From NCBI RefSeq assembly GCF_009914755.1, contig NC_060939.1: DNA of 64,000 bases; one strand, given 5' to 3'. A model generated the notes under the pieces. That model was not told the origin of the DNA. It saw only the letters and a list, made by a program, of their open reading frames with translations, and did no database searches. The position numbers and the translations under genes were made by a program. This DNA comes from the human T2T-CHM13v2.0 reference genome, Homo sapiens. Every line of letters begins with the position of its first letter. Position 1 is the first letter of the stretch. Shown piece by piece: positions 45,709 to 59,580 of this stretch.

Positions 45709-47386
45709 GCAGTGGATTCTCAAAATTTTGGTGTAAATATCCCGAAGGGCTTTTGTGTGTGAGAGTTATATCTAGTGAAATCATATTAAAAATTAAAGCT
45801 GAGAAAATGTTTTAAGTACTAGTTTATTTTAAAATATTTTAGGAAAATAACCACTTTCCTCTCCCCCACACTTGTTAATGAGAAGAGTGGCATTGTTAAC
45901 ACATTTTTGCAGATTTTTTAAAAAGTCTGCCTTAATAACAACATTCTAGTAGTTGCTTTGGCATTCAATCTGTTATAGTGTTATAAAGAAAATCTGGGCT
46001 CATATGTATTTGGAAAGAATATTTTAATAACATTATCAGATAATAGAGGTTCTTTGATATTACACTAAAACTTGACGATAGTTTCTTAAAGGATAGTTGC
46101 AGTGTGAAATTGAAACCATACAAGACAAGCTTGTTCAATCTGTGGCCCAACACAAATTCATAAACTTTCTTAAAGCATTATTTATATATTTATTTATTTT
46201 AGTTCATCCACTGTCGTTAGTATTAATGTATTTTATATGTGGCCTAAGACAATTATTCTTCCACTGTGGCCCAGGGAAGCCAAAAGATTGGATACCCTGA
46301 TATAAAACTTTTTGTCCTGTTACATTAAAATTCATTGGCTTTTCACTTTGAATGGATCTTCTGTTCATGAGTAATTTCTTACTATTTCTTGCTAAGCAAC
46401 CAACATTGGTTGCTTAGAAAATACTGATTCAGTGTCTTAGGATGATATTTCAAATATTGATATAGTAGCAACTAATCACATTTAATTAATATCACCATGA
46501 ATCTTATCAGAAACTCTCAGAATATTGGAGATGCTTGTCAAGGTTTTTTTCACTTGACTGTTGTCTTTGATAACAGATACTATTAGATGTTTGAAGTGAT
46601 GAGTGCACTTTGTTCATTTACAAAAATATCTACTGAATACTCTTTTTTTTTTTTTGAGACGGAGTCTCGCTCTGTTGCCCAGGCTGGAGTGCAGTGGCAC
46701 GATCTTGGCTCACTGCAAGCTCCGCCCCCTGGCTTCATGCCATTCTCCTGCCTCAGCCTCCTGAGGAGCTGGGATTACAGGCTCCTGCCGCTATGCCTGG
46801 CTGATTTTTTGTATTTTTAGTAGAGACGGGGTTTCAATGTCTTAGCCAGGATGGCCTCTATCTCCAGACCTCGTGATCCTCCTGACTTGGCCTCCCAAAG
46901 TGCTGGGATTACAGGCATGAGCCACCGTGCCCAGCCTGAATACTCAGGTCTTAATAACCAGTTTATTAGTCATTCTTTCAAATAAGAAACGTGTTCCATG
47001 AAAAAGGCAGTTCAGTCAGCTCACAACTCAAACAATTGCACAGTGCTTTTTCTTCAGTCTTCATACTTCTTTACACAACAGGAGTGCTTCATGCATGCTT
47101 CCCGGTTTGTCATGTAAAATGTTAAGATGTGTATTCAGGGTCAAGATTTAGTAAAATTAATAATTTTTACTGTGAGAGCATGGTGATGAAGAGTTGACTA
47201 CTAGTACAGTTGGGTGCCACTGCTTTGATTTGGCCCCTTGATAAGGCTTCATCTATTTTTTTCCCCCACAATTGCTATAGCAGCATTTGTCCATATGGTG
47301 AAAAAGGCAAATAACTCACTAGTATTATTATGAAAACAATTTTGACCTCTATAGGGGTATGTGAACCATACTTTGAGAATCATTGA
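45709..47386. mobile_element. Charlie1-like hAT element with nested MER30-like MITE (~46125-46280) and AluY
   Basis: Termini cagtggattctcaaa ... ctttgagaatcattg; internal gagaagagtggcattgt. Confidence 0.7.
46642..46936 (-). mobile_element. AluY-like
   Basis: Alu consensus; TSD tgaatactc. Confidence 0.95.
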
Positions 47387-47390
47387 CGAC

Positions 47391-47538
47391 TTAATAAGTG
47401 ATGGAGCTGGGATTCAATCCAGGTATTGAATTGTGTGTGTGTGTGTGTGTATATGTATGTATATACATATATGTATACATATGTATACATACTATATATA
47501 CACACATTATACATAGAATCCCAGCTCCATCACTTATT
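47391..47538. repeat. Inverted repeat (23-bp perfect arms) enclosing a (GT)n/(AT)n microsatellite
   Basis: aataagtgatggagctgggattc ... gaatcccagctccatcacttatt. Confidence 0.95.
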
Positions 47539-47792
47539 TTATTTATTTATTTTTGAGACAGAGTCTTGCTCTGTTGCCCAGGCTGGAGTGTAGTGGTGCG
47601 ATCCCGGCTCACTGCAACCTCCGCCTTCCCAGGTTCAAGCGATCCTCCTGCCTCAGCCTCCCAAGTAGCTGGGACTACAGGCACACGCCGCCACACCCGG
47701 CTAGTTTTTTTGTATTTTTAGTAGAGATGGGGTTTCACCATGTTAGCCAGGATGGCTCTAGCTCCTGACCTCGTGAGCCACCGTGCCCGGCC
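47537..47792 (-). mobile_element. Alu (Sc/Y-like) with left-arm deletion
   Basis: Alu consensus; TSD tccatcacttatt. Confidence 0.92.
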
Positions 47793-49759
47793 TCCATCAC
47801 TTATTAATTAGCTACAGGACCTTGAGCAATTACTCTGATACCAAAATCAGATAAACATAAAGAAAGCTGCAGACCAGTATTCTTCATAAAATAGGCAAAA
47901 AAGGGGAAAAACCCCAAAATATTTGACATTAGCATTTCTATACTGTGCTTGTTATTTTTTAATGTGATATGTGTGTGTATGTATGTATATATACATATGT
48001 ATATATTTTACAGGGCTGTAGAAGAAAGAGGGTTCTAAAGTAGCATTTATAAAAAGAAAGGTGGCAAAGGTGGGATTCTGAAATGACTTGTCATCATGGA
48101 ATAAGAAAGATGCTTGCCAAAATCCCAAATTGTGTTCATAGGCTAAAGGTTTAACTATCCTCAACAGTTTTAGGACTTTTTTTTTTTAAAGGCAGCTGCT
48201 AAGCCTGCATCATAATTCAGTCAAGTGCATTATTGCTCTTGGTTCTGAAATACGTATAAATCCTCACTACCCATCAACAGTCTTCAGATAATGTAGAGGA
48301 AGAGAAATCTAGTTGGTGACAGTAAACTGTGAATGCTTTTCTTGGGTGTTTACCAGTTCAAGGAAATTTCAGTGGCAAAACATTTTCCTTCTTTGGTTAG
48401 TCTCATTCTTCATGATCTTTGAAATAGACTCATCTGTAATACATATACACCCATTTCGGAGTAACCTTCACTTAGGAGATTGTTGTTTTTTAATAAGAAA
48501 GAGAGCCCGTTAGTACTTCTGTCATGTTATTCATGCCAAAGAACCAGTTGCTTTATGGGAGAAATGGCACATGGGGTTCTTCCATCTGCTGTAATTGATT
48601 ATTGCTTTCATGTGGTTCCCAAACAATTCCCTCAGTCCCAGCATCACTTGCCTGTCTGACTAATGCCTCTGTCCTGTTAGTTTTTAGTATTTTTTAGTTA
48701 TAAATACTTAAAAAAATAAAAATTTCCACCAATTATGCAAGTAATATCTTCATTTTAGAAAATTTAAAAAGTAAAGGTACAAATCAGGGAAAAACACTAG
48801 CTTCACCATCCTGGGATATGCTCATTACTGTCCTTTTTGATGATTAATGGGTGCTCCTTTTTTCCTAATTGGCAAAATATAGTATACGCATTTCATATTG
48901 TGCCTTTTCATTTATTATCGGTATTTCCCTCAATCAAAAAATATTCTAAAATATTTTTAATGACTGCATAACTTTTGTCATTTATATATCATGCTTTTTT
49001 AAAAAAAAACTGCATACATTCTAATGTTATTGTCTGTTTATAAAAATTATAAATAACGCTGTGAAGCACATCCCTTATATTTTATTATTCTTTTTCTGAT
49101 TATACTCTAGTCATTTTGTTGAAGACCCTTAAAGGGGAATGACTGGTTCAGATAGCAATATTTGTTTTTTACAGGGTTCTTGAAGTGAATTGCTAACTTG
49201 CTTTCCAAAAAGATTGAACCAATTTATTATCATTTTACAAGCATTCAGCCCAGTTCTCCATATCTTCACCAGAAATGATACTATGTGAAATGCTTTTGAA
49301 ACAGAATAAATAACACACATTAGCACATGAACTTCCAGCAAAAGTTTAAATGCTTAGATATTAGATAATATAACATACATCAAAACTTATAATGTATATC
49401 TCTTATTACTAGGAGGGTCCAAACTGAGCTAGACTTAATAAGTTATCCTTGACCTTCTGGGGGTAGAGTCTTCAAAACAGATTTCTTTCTCTAGGAGTTC
49501 TTTATACTTTCTGAGCCTGTACAGACTTGGCTTATGTAGAGTGGGTTGGAGATAAAAAGTTCAATGTGTGTCCTTTTGGTTTTTATATTTTTCTCTCCTT
49601 TTTAGCCCTATGTCTTGGGACAGTTATGTAGAATAGTTTGATATATGTGGGCTTTTTTCTTTATCATATAAAAGCAGTTTTGGATAATGTGTGATTGGAA
49701 GTTACGTGTCTGAGTTCTTTGCTAATTTTATGTAATTTTCAGGTGTGCAACTGAGGAAC

Positions 49760-49913
49760 ATGGCTCAAGAAACTAATCACAGCCAAGTGCCTATGCTTTG
49801 TTCCACTGGCTGTGGATTTTATGGAAACCCTCGTACAAATGGCATGTGTTCAGTATGCTATAAAGAACATCTTCAAAGACAGAATAGTAGTAATGGTAGA
49901 ATAAGCCCACCTG
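49760..49913 (+). CDS. ZFAND6: ZFAND6 first coding exon (exon 49743-49913, 17 nt UTR + 154 nt CDS): A20-type zinc finger
   Basis: Acceptor tgtaattttcag|GTGTG, strong Kozak gaacATGG, donor CTG|gtaagt. Translates [51 protein letters not shown], with the A20 finger pattern C-x3-C-x11-C-x2-C. Confidence 0.98.
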
Positions 49914-51126
49914 GTAAGTAATTCTAGTGAAACCCGTCTATATTCATAATTGAAATACAAGTGGATATTTCGGTATACCCAATACCTTTTTCTGCTCTCA
50001 CATTATATTTATATTACCATATTCATATCAGTAAAATTTCTCATTACACATTGTGATTATAATCAGTAGTGAGGAGTTAGGAATGAGTATCATCACTCAT
50101 TGAAAATACTGTAAATTCATACCATAATCTTATTTCTGTGGCTGTGGAATTCTGTTACTTTATTTAGAGGGGACACCTCAAGTGTCTTGGAAAGTAAGGG
50201 AAGAGAGTGATAAAAGAACCTTTGTTCTTTTATCTGGTGTGACTTACAGCTCAAGTAGTTGTTGAAGGAAGGAGTGGATTATTGATAACCACAGCTCAGT
50301 GGACTTGAGAGGAAGCTTTACTCCATTAGGAAGGAGGAGTATCGTGGATTAACTCATAGTAAGGGATGTTCAACCCCAGTTCACTAGGGTTTTTTATGCC
50401 TTTTTGTGTCAAAGGATATTCTTGGAATTGAGGTGGTCTTTTGTTTCAGTAGTTGTATAAGAAGGATCATGCGGATTCCAAGTATAAGCTTTGCAAAAAG
50501 GAAAGTGTTTAGTGTATTCATTTAGGATAGATCTCATGTAGGTTAATGCCTGCATGTATAGATTTTTGTGGTTAATGAAAGTGTAGGCTATTACTTAGTT
50601 CATTTAATATTGTGTGTGAGATCTTGTCTGTTTTTGTTCAAGCCAAAACCTACAACCATTTAACCAAAACTCCAAATTTGCTTAAGGCTAAGATCAAATG
50701 AGTATAAATTGTTTTAAAATTAAGTCATCATCTACATTTATAACCTAATGTACTGAGCATAGATTTTAATTCTGAACCTATATTCTTCACTGCTATGTCA
50801 TCTTATTTAAATATCTCATTTGTTCTCTAGTACTTGGAAGATGTTTTTGAATTAAAGCATTTGGGCTTGGGTGCTATTCAGTCCTAAGAAATAGGAGTTT
50901 ATTAATGTATACAATTTGCAGATGGTTTCCTTCTTGGTTTAAAATTAACATATTTTTCACTGGCAAACCGTTGAAAAATTTTTTAAAAATAATGAACCAA
51001 CATACTACATATTAAAAGAAAACCTCTATACTGTGTTCTGTGGAAAATGGATTTTGATTTTTTTAGATAAGGTCTTAGACTGCTGAGCATATAGAATCAC
51101 TAATACGCAATGTGGTACTGTTACAG

Positions 51127-51235
51127 CAACCTCTGTCAGTAGTCTGTCTGAATCTTTACCAGTTCAATGCACAGATGGCAGTGTGCCAGAAGCCCAGTCA
51201 GCATTAGACTCTACATCTTCATCTATGCAGCCCAG
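51127..51235 (+). CDS. ZFAND6: ZFAND6 coding exon (109 nt), Ser-rich linker
   Basis: ttacag|CAACC ... CCCAG|gtaaga. Continues the phase-1 frame as ATSVSSLSESLPVQCTDGSVPEAQSALDSTSSSMQP(S). Confidence 0.96.
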
Positions 51236-52114
51236 GTAAGATGTACTCTCTGAATTCTAATGAGAATGCTAATAAAAACTAAAGAGTATATTCTGTGTTT
51301 GATTAATAAGGAAAACTACGTAAAGCTACTTTTAGATTAACTGGCCTAAAATTTTATCGTCTGATTATAACTAGTTAGAAAAAGCGATTTCTTGCTTTTA
51401 CCTTGAGGGATCGGGGGTTATCGTTTAAGTCTTAGATTTCTTTTTCAGGCATCTTTTTCTTTCTCATAATATATCCTGACCTACTCCTGAAGTCCTTTGG
51501 AAGCATGTTAAGTGAAATGTTAGTCTTATTCTGCAAGTATTACTACCGTGTATTAAAAAAATACAGTCTTGTCACACATTATCTTTGTTTAATATCATGA
51601 TGTAGTACTCATATTTGTTTATATTGTAATGTGTATATATATATTTTTTAACTCTGAAGTCACATCATTTAGAAGCCTGCATACAGCAATACTGGTTTCA
51701 TTTTTATTCTGCTTTTAGGAACCAATATATTAAGTTCCTACACTGGGGTTCCTTTTTTCCAGTTCATGATAAGATATGTTCAGTTTTGCTATGCCAGAAT
51801 ATCATTTACAGCTTTGTCTTAGGGTTCTTTAAGCATGTCTTTATCATGCTAGTTTTCATTTAGTGAATTCATGTGGTACTTGAAATACACAAAGGACATA
51901 TACACTGTTGCTTTGTTTCCAAGGCAGTAAAATTCTGGTCCAAATTAGTCTCTAGTTTTAAAGCTCTATGATTATGTTTAAGTTATTAAAAAAAAGTATG
52001 TCTGTGTTCTCATCTTAATTATCTACTTAGATATGTTGAACTCTTACTGTGTCACATTAGTTAATATTCATGTGTAGAGATCACCTTTTAAAATGAAATA
52101 TTTTGCTTTTCTAG

Positions 52115-52215
52115 CCCTGTATCAAATCAGTCACTTTTATCAGAATCTGTAGCATCTTCTCAATTGGACAGTACATCTGTGGACAAAGCAGTACCTGAAA
52201 CAGAAGATGTGCAGG
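52115..52215 (+). CDS. ZFAND6: ZFAND6 coding exon (101 nt), linker
   Basis: ttttgcttttctag|CCCTG ... GCAGG|gtttgt. Translates (S)PVSNQSLLSESVASSQLDSTSVDKAVPETEDVQ in frame. Confidence 0.95.
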
Positions 52216-53034
52216 GTTTGTATATGAACTAGCATGTATTTTGTTATTTGAGTATTATAGGCCAGACACTATCCTAGGTGCATGTATAAAAAAATTGCCA
52301 GCTTAAAATACATGTTTTTCTGTTTTCCCTATGAACACAATACTTTATATCTTTAAGTATTTAATTAACATGTTGGAGAGCCATTTCACACTTACATGTA
52401 ATTTTATCATCAGCATAAATGTTGCAAATTCAAAATTTGTTTAGTTTGGAAAATATAATTAAATGAATGTGTGGCAGTGTTACACTGTTCTCTTTTACTA
52501 TTTTGGCCGTTTCAGTCTATATACTACTCTGTAAGAAAACTGGGGCTGCTGGTTTGAGGGGCATCTCTTTCTTTTGTGTTTTGACTCATTATCTGAGAGA
52601 CTGTGTCCATCGTGCCTGGCAGTTCTCCTTTTTTCTTCCCCATGTGTGCAATAGTCACATTCAGTTGCTCGTATTCACAGCATGGTATCTATCGTGTCTT
52701 GCCCATGCTCTTCATATCCCCATTATGAAGCTCAAAGTGATCTAGGAAGACTTGAAAATTTGTATGAAGGCTTTCGTAGTAGGGAGAGAGAATGCGGAGT
52801 AGGCCATTTTGGAGGCTATTAAATAATCTCTGCTTAATTAGTTGTATTCTAGCAGTGTGTGGAAATAACATGGTAACAAGGAAGGATCTCTGGAAAGATA
52901 AGCCTAATGAAGAGCAGTGTGTCATTCTGCCTGTGAGATGATTTACCAGTGAAACTTCATTGCACATGGTGTTCACATGATGGTAACAGATACATCTGCC
53001 AATCCTAGTTTAAGATGGCTAAATTTTTAATTTA

Positions 53035-53310
53035 GGCCAGGCACTGTGGCTTGTGCCTATAATCCCTACCTACTTGAGAGGCTAAGGCAGGAGGATCGCT
53101 TGAGTCTGGGAGTTTGAGACTAGCCTGGACAACAAAAAATTAGCCAGGTGAGGCGGCACATACCTGTAGTCACAACTACTCAGGAAGCTGACGTGGGAGG
53201 ATTGCTTGAGCCCAGGAATTCAGGCTGCGGTGAGCTATGATCGTGCCACTGCACTCCAGCCTGGGTGGGCACCAGAGCAATTCCCCCACACCCGGTCTCA
53301 AGAATTAAAT
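53035..53310 (+). mobile_element. AluJ-like
   Basis: ggaggattgcttgagcccagga diagnostic. Confidence 0.92.
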
Positions 53311-53566
53311 AAACAAATTTAAATAAGCTAGGTAGTTCCTCTTGCTTTTTTTTCATACCCAGCAAATACTTGAACCAGTTTGCTTGTTTGTGTAGATTTT
53401 GCCGTAACAAAAGAATATTCTGTGTGGTCAACGTAAATATTCTAGTCCCATCTAGCATATTGTGATAAATTCTTAAATGTTTTAAGTGAATAATTCTTAT
53501 TTCTTAGTTACATCAAAAAATTTAAGGAAGGGCAGAAATGAGGAATCTTTAAAGAAATAAGGAAAA

Positions 53567-53981
<415 letters not shown>

Positions 53982-56246
53982 TTATACCATTTATTTATAA
54001 AAGTGTTTTTATTTCCATTTGTGGTGTATGGAAAACAATACCGTTTTCTCCACTTAGCCCTGAGTATATCACTTCAAAAGGTGGTCCTGATGCCATATTA
54101 GGAGAAATTGTATAGGCCCCATTTTTCATACATGATTTGAATGACTTTTAGGTTAAACCAGTATTAACTTGTAAGTACCTTTAAAAAACTTAGCATTCGT
54201 AATATCAGCAGCAAATCTTTGATAAATTAGGTATAAGTTTCATCTCAGTTTTAAGAGAGGAGGGTTAGGTTCCAGTATGTAAAATCTCTTAACAACCTAG
54301 TTTTTAAAAAAAATTTAACATATTATTGAATTAAGAATACCCTTTTTATTATAAACATACACAAATATAAACATGTATGTTTGTATATATGTACGTGTAT
54401 ATTCTGTATGTGCACACACTCATACACTTACATGCAATTACGATTTCCCTATTGATCAAATTCAAATAACTTTTTTTCCATTTATTTAATAGATGGATGA
54501 AAAGAGACAGAAAAAGTCTCTTTGAGTCAGTCATATGGTCATAAAAGCTGGAACTGGAATCCAGGGACCTAACTCATAGAGGCCAGTATTCTTATGATTA
54601 GACAGTTGTGGAGCTTGTTGGACTAGGATGTGGATATGTGTATTCCTGTTAACACATACATCTCCCTCAGTTCTCAGGGTAGGATCAACTCGTTTAGCAA
54701 ACTACCCAGGTATCAGTTTTCTTCTTCCTCACTCCATATGCTTCCCTCAAGGGAAATTTATATAGATAGGAAAACCATCCCAAATGGAAGAAGGTATATG
54801 AGTAGCAGCTATATGTCTAAGCCAGAAGTTTGTAACATTTTGTAATTGGAACATTCAGAACAACTTTTTCTCTACATGTATTCTGCTTATAATTAGGATA
54901 TGCTGCCACCAGGTTGGTGGTACTGCTTTCATATTGGCCACATGGCTCTGAAGAATTTTTATGTTTCATTGAGAATTTAGCATATTGAAGCATGTTTCTT
55001 AGTTGTTCTTTTTGATTTAAAAATATAGCAGTACCTTACTTACATAGTGTCACTCAGGAGTATAAGTCAAATTTCCAGTTCACAAATGCTAGCTTTTAAA
55101 AGAACTACTTTAAGCATTTTGGTACACTCTAAAACTGTTGAAGAATATGCTTAAATTTGGTCAACCTCTTAGTCCCTCAGATCTTGGGTCATAGTAGAAA
55201 AATACTGAATTTGGATTCATAAGTTCTATTTTCCTATCTTGGTATGCCTGCTTAACTTCACTGAGCCTTACTTTCATTACTCTTAAAAGAGAATAAGAAT
55301 GTCCCTCTTACAGGGTATTAAAAGATACTGAGATAATGGAGGTTGGATGAGCTTTGTAAGCTGCAGAAGATATTCTTTATATTGCCCAAGTGATTTGGGA
55401 GTTGTAGGAGGCCTAGAGTAAGAGAGAATTTTGAAGCTTTCCAACACTCGAATGATGTCATATGTTAAGATGGTAAGGTCTACATCACTGAAGCATTCTA
55501 GGAAAGATGAGTTGATGTTAGAGACCATATAGAGAGAGGAATGCTGTGCTTAGTGACAGGATGAACTAGAATTCTCAGGCTCTTTCCTACTCTGAGGGTT
55601 TCTGACTTTATACAAAGTTGAATTGTCAAATCATTGGTTCAGAAAAATCAGAGGGGGACAGTCTCTTTGGACTGATTTAGGAAAGCTGTATGGGTTTTAA
55701 AAATCAGGCATTTCTTCTGATTCTAAAGAATGAGTGAGAATAGCCAAAGGTATCTTGAAAAATAACAAAGTTGGAGGACTAACAATTCCTGGCTTCAAAA
55801 TTGAGTACAAGCTACAGTAATCAAGACTGTGTTGTACCGGCATGAGGATAGTCATGAAGGTAAGTGGAATAAAAAATTGAGAGTCCAGAAATAAACTCTT
55901 ATTATATTTATGGGCCATTGACTTTCAACAATGGTGCCAAAATCATTTGATGGGAAAAGAGTAATCTTTTAAACAAATGATGCAGGAACAACTTCATATC
56001 CACATTCGAAAGAATGAATTGGACTCCTATGTCATACCATATGCAAAAATTCACCCGAAATACATCAAAGACCTAAAACGAATATAAGAGAACTATAAAA
56101 CTCTTAAAGCAGGTATACATTTTTGTGATCTTGGTTTAGGCAGTGGTTTCTTAGATATGACACCTTAACCACAAGCAGCCAAAGAAATTATAGATAAATT
56201 GAGCTACATCAAAATAAAGATTTTTGCTTAAAAGAGTGGAAAAACA

Positions 56247-56532
56247 GCCAGGTGCAGTGACTTATGCCTGTAATCCCAGCACTTTGGGAGGCCAAGGTGG
56301 GCAGATCACTTGAGCTCAAGAGTTTGAAACCAGCCTGGGCAACATGGCAAAACCCCATCTGTACAAAAAATAGCCGAGTGTGGTGGCGCACGCTTGTAGT
56401 CCCAGCTACTGGGTAGGGAGGCTGAGGTGGGAGGATCACTTGAACTTGGGATGTTGAGGCTGCAGTGAGCCATTAACGCACCACTGCACTTCAGCCTGGG
56501 TCACAGAATGAGACCCTCTCTCAAAAAATAAA
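56247..56532 (+). mobile_element. AluJ-like
   Basis: Alu consensus; TSD aaaagagtggaaaa. Confidence 0.93.
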
Positions 56533-56720
56533 AGAGTGGAAAACCAGCCTACAGAATGAGAGAAAAAATACTTTGAAATCATATATGTGATAAGGATATA
56601 TAAATAATTACAATTCAACAATAGAAAACCCATTTTAAAAATAAGCAAAGGATTTGAGTGGACATTTCTCCAGAAAAGATATACAAGTTTCCAATAAACA
56701 CATGAAAAGATGCTCAACAG

Positions 56721-57036
<316 letters not shown>

Positions 57037-58984
57037 TCAACTTCATTAGATATGAGGGAAATGGAAGTCATGGGACACCACTTCGTATCCACTAGGATGG
57101 CTCTAATCAATAACAAAGTATTGTCAAGGATGTAGAAAAATTGGAGCCCTCCTGCCTTGGTGGGAGTGTAATATGGTGCCAGATACTCTGGAAAACAATC
57201 TCCTAGCTCCACAAAAAATTAAAAAGAATTGTCATATGACCCAGCATTTTTCTCCTGATTGCCAGGAGAATTGAAAACATACGTCCACACAAAAACGTGT
57301 ACACAAGTGTTCGTAGCAGTATTATCTATAATAAAAAATAGAAACTACTGAGATGGCTGTAAATAGATCATTGGATAAAAAAAAATGTGGTATATCCGTA
57401 CAGTAGAATATTCAGTCACAAAGAGGAAGGAAATTCTGATACATGCCACAGTATGAGTGATCCTTGAAAATATGCTGAATAAAAGAAGTTAGGTACAAAA
57501 GGCTACATGTTGTATGATTTTATTTATATAGAATGTCTAAAACAGGCTAGTCATACAGAAAGATTAGTGGTTGCCAGAAACCGTGGGAAGTGGGGAGTAA
57601 TTGCTAATGAGTACAGAGTTTTCCCTTAATGTGACTTAAATGTTCTGAAAGTAGATAGTGGTAATAGTTTTATAACCTTGTGAATATAATAAAAACCACT
57701 GAATTGTATACTTTAAAGAGTGAATTTTATGGTATGTGAAATCTCCCCACCACCCCAAGACAGTGAAGAGGGCTTTTGCTGGAGGATGACTTGTGAGTGC
57801 AAACGCATACAGGTAGGAAAAATGAAATTTGAGAAAGAGTGAAAAGACTGTTTGCTGAAGTGATCAGTTCAGGCAGTTATATGTTGAAACTAAAGCTAGA
57901 AAGGTTGTTTGGAAGTTGATAAGGTATTCCTTGGTCTTAAAACTCACATAAAAACTGAGGAAACAGGATGATTTCTGGGAATCATAGACTTTTAAAAATA
58001 GTACTATATCATCTTGTCCGTGAATTCATTTGGTGACTGTTGAAATTCAGGTTGTCAGCTATTAGTTTCAAGTAAGCTGAGGTTACCTTAGCCTCATGGG
58101 TATATAATCGACATTTATTGGTCCCACATTTGAGTTATAGCATATAAGCTTTTAGATAGCCTTCTGATCCTTCACTTTAAAGACTGCATTTGCCTCAGTT
58201 AAAAAGAAACCATTGGCCTTCTTTGGGGCTTTAGGGTTAATACTGTGAAATGTCTTTTGAGATATGCAGTAGTATTTGTATGCATAGAAGATAGATGTAT
58301 TTTCACTCTTCTCCATTTCCAGATCCCATTCAAATTTGTGTCTCAGTAGTTAGACCAGTTTTGTTAAAAACTATAATCTTGTGATAATGTTACTGCCATT
58401 AAATGGGTTTTTTTGAATTTTTCTGGAGAACAGGTTAGATATGGCTTACAGGTTTCAAAACCAATAAATACTGTAGGTTCATTTCTGATTGCAAGGTAAG
58501 CTGTTTTTGAGTCCATATGCATAGCCAGATAGGCTTATCTGATACTGTTCTAGGAGCTGGAGATAAACAGTAAACAAGACATTCAGCCCCTGCCCTCTTG
58601 GAGCTTACATTCTAGGGATATTTATTCATTGAAAATAAAAGGTTTGATGTGTCTATATTCTGTTTCAAAAATAGTATGTTCACAGTATTATTAATAGAAC
58701 TGTCCCCTGTCTGGTTTCAGCATGTCTGAGTGGAGTAACATGCTATAGAGTTTGTCATTAGCACATATTTACTTGTTTGTGGCATTCTGCCTTTTGTCAT
58801 CTTTTGTTAAAATATGAGATAATGATGGTAGCATAAGCAGGTTAGAATCACAGCAAATGTCTGAGCATGTATTACAATGTGTAGTTCACTGTGATAGGAC
58901 TGGAGGTTCAGATGGGGAATAAGGTAACCATCCTTCTCAATGGCCTTACGGTGTAGTTGGGGAAATGAGGCACATAAATAAAAT

Positions 58985-59580
58985 AGGTAAGTAATTCAAT
59001 TCAACAGATACTTATTGTCGAATGTCTGCTATGTGGTTGGAGACACTGGGATAGGCACTGATAATGGGATAAATAGGACCGATGTCTCCCCTCAAAGAAT
59101 TCAAAGTTAAACCAAGTTAAGCCAATGAGGGAATTTTAATATGAAAAGTGCTATACACAGGGTTTCCCACCCCAAGGTTGTTGGAGAGGCAGTGGAGGAA
59201 GAGCTGATTATATAAGCTTAAACAAGAAAAACAAGTTAGAGTTAGCCTGATAAAAAGAGGGACAGGAGGGGCATAGAAAGAGTATTTTGTATGGAAAGCA
59301 CAACTTATACAAGAGCCCAGAGGCAAAAGAGAGTTTGATATGTCCAGGGAAACTGCAAGTCCTTCAGTATGGCTGAATCATGGAGTACTGTTGAGGAATA
59401 GTGAGAGATGAGGCTAGAGAAAGAAGGATGAAGAAAATCATGAAGGACCTCTGGGCTTTATCCTGGGGGGTAGTTGGGAGCCATTGAGGAATTCTAAACA
59501 TCAGAGGGAACACCATTAGATTTTCACTTAAGGCAGATGATTGGATGCAATGTGTGAAGCATGGATTGTAGAGGGAACTC
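58985..59580 (-). mobile_element. L2 fragment
   Basis: attcaattcaacagatacttattgtcgaatgtctgctatgtg...gggagccattgagg. Confidence 0.6.

Noticed and set aside
49743-52215. Assignment to the paralog ZFAND5 or to a processed pseudogene
   Set aside because: The N-terminus [14 protein letters not shown] is the ZFAND6 type (ZFAND5 has MAQETNQTPGPMLC), and the introns are intact with canonical splice sites.
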